Of a DNA stretch of 64,000 nt, positions 61,028-64,000 are shown piece after piece. The position numbers and the translations under genes are program-made. Position 1 is the stretch's first letter; every line of letters starts with the position of its first letter. Origin of the DNA: Myxococcales bacterium (GTDB taxonomy: Bacteria > Myxococcota_A > UBA9042 > JABWCM01 > BTVJ01); contig BTVJ01000005.1 in NCBI GenBank assembly GCA_045863395.1, positions 1-64,000 of the forward strand, read 5' to 3'. The notes beneath the pieces are model-generated. The model had not been told where the DNA came from and ran no database searches. It saw only the letters and a list, made by a program, of their open reading frames with translations.

Positions 61028-61468
61028 ATGAAAACGACGGTTAGCGCCAAGCCGGGCAGCGTCGAGCGCCAGTGGTGGATTGTGGACCTCGAGGGCCAGA
61101 CCCTCGGCCGCGCCGCCTGCCGTATCGCCGCCGTGCTCCGCGGCAAGCACAAGCCCGTCTACACCCCCCACGCCGACGCGGGCGACTTCGTCATCGTGGT
61201 CAATGCCGGCCAGGTCGGCACGACCGGCCGCAAAGAGGACCAGAAGGTGTACTACAGGCACACCGGCTGGTTCGGCGGCATCAAGGGCGTCACGCTGGCC
61301 AAGCTGCGGGAGCAGAAGCCGACCGACGTCGTGACGACGGCCGTGCGAGGCATGCTCCCCAAGACCCCACTCGGCCGCAAGATGCTCCGCAAGCTCAAGG
61401 TCTACGCGGGCCCCGAGCACCGGCACCAGGCGCAGCAGCCCAAGCCCCTCGATCTCAAGCAGGTCTGA
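61028..61468 (+). CDS. rplM: 50S ribosomal protein L13
   Basis: 'WWIVD..LGR', 'LRGKHKP.YTPH.D.GD', 'VRGMLPK', 'HQAQQP'. Confidence 0.98.
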   Translation: MKTTVSAKPGSVERQWWIVDLEGQTLGRAACRIAAVLRGKHKPVYTPHADAGDFVIVVNAGQVGTTGRKEDQKVYYRHTGWFGGIKGVTLAKLREQKPTDVVTTAVRGMLPKTPLGRKMLRKLKVYAGPEHRHQAQQPKPLDLKQV

Positions 61469-61500
61469 AGCAAGTCACGCAAGGTCTGACGCAGGTGGAC

Positions 61501-61899
61501 ATGAACACGCAGAATCGATTCTATGGCACGGGCCGGCGCAGAACCGCAACGGCCCGCGTGTACCTCTCCCACGGCGGCACGGGCACCGTGCTGGTCAACA
61601 AGCGGCCCATCGGCGAGTACCTGCGGCGCGCGACCCTCGAGATGGTCGTGAACCAGGCCTTCGAGCTGACCGAGACCGAGGGTCAGTTCGACGTCAAGGT
61701 CACGGTCCGGGGCGGCGGGCTCAGCGGCCAGGCTGGCGCAATCAAGCACGGCATCAGCCGCGCCCTCTGTCGGTTCAACCCGGAGCTGCGGGGAACCCTC
61801 AAGCGGGCGGGCTTCCTGACGCGCGACGCGCGGATCAAGGAGCGCAAGAAGCCCGGCCGCGCAGCCGCTCGCGCGCGCTTCCAGTTCTCCAAGCGCTGA
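61501..61899 (+). CDS. rpsI: 30S ribosomal protein S9
   Basis: 'YGTGRR', '[10 protein letters not shown]', 'LTRDAR.KERKK', 'QFSKR'. Confidence 0.98.
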   Translation: MNTQNRFYGTGRRRTATARVYLSHGGTGTVLVNKRPIGEYLRRATLEMVVNQAFELTETEGQFDVKVTVRGGGLSGQAGAIKHGISRALCRFNPELRGTLKRAGFLTRDARIKERKKPGRAAARARFQFSKR

Positions 61900-62093
61900 G
61901 AGCCCCGCCGAGTCGGCTGGCCGTTGCGCGTACTGCGGACGCACGCAGTCCCCTCTCCCTCCGTCCCAGGCAACGTGCTCACGAGGCAGCGCGACGCGCC
62001 GGTGTCCTTGCACTCCCGCGTCATGCCTGCCTCCAGCGCGCGGGCCGACAGCAGATCCGCAGTCATTCCAGGATCTTGCACCCGCCGTTGGCG

Positions 62094-62122
62094 TTGACAA
62101 CGCGCCCCCGGATCCGTATGAT
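62094..62122 (+). promoter_or_regulatory. sigma70-like promoter of gyrA
   Basis: TTGACA, 17 nt, TATGAT. Confidence 0.75.
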
Positions 62123-62262
62123 ACGCCGGCCTTGAACGCGGGCCTCTACCGCTCCGAGACAGGGAGGGGCGGCCCCCAGCGCCTGCGCGGCCGAGGCAGA
62201 ACCCACCGACGTCCCGCGCGCCGGGGGCGCAGTACACGCACGATCCCAGCCGGAATGAGAGC

Positions 62263-64000
62263 ATGACCACGAGTACGGCCCAGAAGATAGCGGTCAACAT
62301 CGAAGACGAGATGCGGTCGTCCTACATGGACTACGCGATGAGCGTGATCATCGGACGCGCGCTCCCCGACGTGCGGGACGGCCTGAAGCCCGTCCACCGG
62401 CGGGTCCTCTACGCGATGCACGACCTGCACAACACGTGGAACTCCTCGTACAAGAAGTCCGCACGCATCGTCGGCGACGTCATCGGCAAGTACCACCCCC
62501 ACGGCGACTCCGCCGTCTACGACACCATGGTCCGCATGGCGCAGGACTTCTCCCTGCGCTACCTGCTCGTCGATGGACAGGGGAACTTCGGCTCCGTCGA
62601 CGGGGACCCTGCCGCGGCCATGCGGTACACCGAAGTGCGCATGTCCCGCCTGGCTGGCGAGCTGCTCGCCGATCTGGACAAGGACACCGTCGACTTCCAG
62701 CCCAACTATGACGGGTCGCTCAACGAACCGACCGTGCTCCCGACGCGGGTGCCAAACCTGCTGGTCAATGGCTCGTCGGGCATCGCGGTCGGCATGGCTA
62801 CCAACATGCCGCCCCACAACCTGCGCGAGGTCATCGACGCAACGGTCGCCCTGATCAACGCCCCGGAGCTGACCGTCGACGACCTGATGCACCACATCAA
62901 GGGCCCGGACTTCCCGACGGCCGCCTTCATCTACGGGGTCGACGGCTTCCGCCAGGCCTACCGCACTGGCCGCGGCATCGTGCGTATGAGGGCGCGGGTC
63001 GAGGTCGAGGTCAACGAGAAGGACGGCCGCGAGAAGATCGTGGTCACGGAGCTGCCCTACCAGGTGAACAAGGCGCGCCTGCTGGAGCAGATCGCGGACC
63101 TGGTCAAGGAGAAGCGCATCGAGGGCATCTCCCACCTCCAGGACGAGAGCGACCGCGACGGCATGCGCATCGCAATCGACGTGCGCCGCGACGCCCTCGC
63201 CCAGGTGGTGGTCAATCAGCTCTACGCCATGACCCCCATGCAGTCGTCCTTCGGCATCATCAACCTGGCCATCGTGCACGGGCAGCCGCGGGTCCTGAAC
63301 CTCAAGGAGATCCTCTCCCACTTCATCGACCACCGCAGAGACGTGGTCACGCGCCGCTGCCTCTTCGAGCTGCGGCAGGCGGAGGCGCGAGCCCACATCC
63401 TGCAGGGCTATCTCATCGCGCTGGAGAACATCGACGAGGTCGTGGAGATCATCAAGACCTCGGCCGACACGGAGCAGGCGCGGCTCCGCCTCATGGCGCG
63501 CTTCGGCCTCTCCGAGCGGCAGGCTCAGGCGATCCTGGACCTGCGCCTCAGCCGCCTGACCGGCCTGGAGCGCGAGAAGATCGAGCAGGAGTACCAGGAG
63601 ATCCTCGCCACCATCGCGCGGCTGAAGGCGATCCTGGCCGACGAGCGGTTGCTGCTCGACGTGATCGTCGAGGAGCTCACCGACATCCGCGCGCGCTTCG
63701 GCGATGAGCGCCGCACGCAGATCGTCCCCGACGAGGGCGACATCCGCATGGAGGACCTGATCGCCGAGGAGCCCGTGGTGGTCACGCGCTCCCTGGAGGG
63801 CTACATCAAGCGCACCCCGCTGTCGATCTACGAGTCCCAGCACCGTGGCGGCAAGGGCAAGCGCAGCGCGACCACCAAAGAGGAGGACGTCGTCATCGAC
63901 GTCTTCGTGGCGTCGACCCACGCGGATCTGCTGGTCTTCACCGACAAGGGCCGCGTGTTCCAGCTCAAGGTCTATGAGCTGCCCGAGGGCGGACGCAACT
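62263..64000 (+). CDS. gyrA: DNA gyrase subunit A (3' partial; missing from the ORF track because it has no stop in the window)
   Basis: Translated by hand: '[28 protein letters not shown]', 'YHPHGD', 'AAMRYTE', GyrA-box 'QHRGGKG'. Confidence 0.97.
   Translation, partial: MTTSTAQKIAVNIEDEMRSSYMDYAMSVIIGRALPDVRDGLKPVHRRVLYAMHDLHNTWNSSYKKSARIVGDVIGKYHPHGDSAVYDTMVRMAQDFSLRYLLVDGQGNFGSVDGDPAAAMRYTEVRMSRLAGELLADLDKDTVDFQPNYDGSLNEPTVLPTRVPNLLVNGSSGIAVGMATNMPPHNLREVIDATVALINAPELTVDDLMHHIKGPDFPTAAFIYGVDGFRQAYRTGRGIVRMRARVEVEVNEKDGREKIVVTELPYQVNKARLLEQIADLVKEKRIEGISHLQDESDRDGMRIAIDVRRDALAQVVVNQLYAMTPMQSSFGIINLAIVHGQPRVLNLKEILSHFIDHRRDVVTRRCLFELRQAEARAHILQGYLIALENIDEVVEIIKTSADTEQARLRLMARFGLSERQAQAILDLRLSRLTGLEREKIEQEYQEILATIARLKAILADERLLLDVIVEELTDIRARFGDERRTQIVPDEGDIRMEDLIAEEPVVVTRSLEGYIKRTPLSIYESQHRGGKGKRSATTKEEDVVIDVFVASTHADLLVFTDKGRVFQLKVYELPEGGRN

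Noticed and set aside
61900..62262. tRNA or ncRNA after rpsI
   Set aside because: No T-loop or cloverleaf, only GC-rich hairpins and a promoter.
62620..62660. Intein in GyrA at the catalytic Tyr
   Set aside because: Sequence reads continuously '[13 protein letters not shown]'.

Overview
High-GC, gene-dense bacterial chromosomal window. The Cys/Asp-rich lipoproteins, the nadC-birA-coaX-fusA2 order and Anaeromyxobacter-like hypothetical proteins point to Myxococcota (inference). About 50 genuine CDSs; most other long ORFs in the track are antisense or alternative-frame shadows of GC-rich genes. The left end (1-7100) is accessory DNA: the right part of a Mu/IS21-like transposon (DDE transposase, ExeA-type AAA ATPase, degenerate AAA_25 helicase-like gene), a double-SWIM SNF2 helicase with an MNT/HEPN-like tail, and a radC pseudogene whose catalytic middle is replaced by a FitAB-type toxin-antitoxin cassette with its own operator. 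Next come ettA, a sulfite reductase/LysR locus running into cysteine desulfurase-xdhC-xdhA-xdhB, a 164-bp MITE, Cys-rich lipoproteins and a frameshifted Uma2 nuclease. The best candidate for an undescribed system is a three-gene minus-strand operon (34362-28238): a mosaic fibre-like adhesin, a DsbC/thioredoxin-like lipoprotein lacking CxxC, and a giant lipoprotein with about 33 Dictyostelium-type Cys repeats. The right half is mostly housekeeping: gpmI, heme A synthase, ptb, fadD-like, EF-G paralog, coaX, birA, nadC, ybeY, pgpH-like, metK, rplM, rpsI, partial gyrA. No rRNA, tRNA or CRISPR array seen. All family calls come from motif recognition by eye, not database searches.
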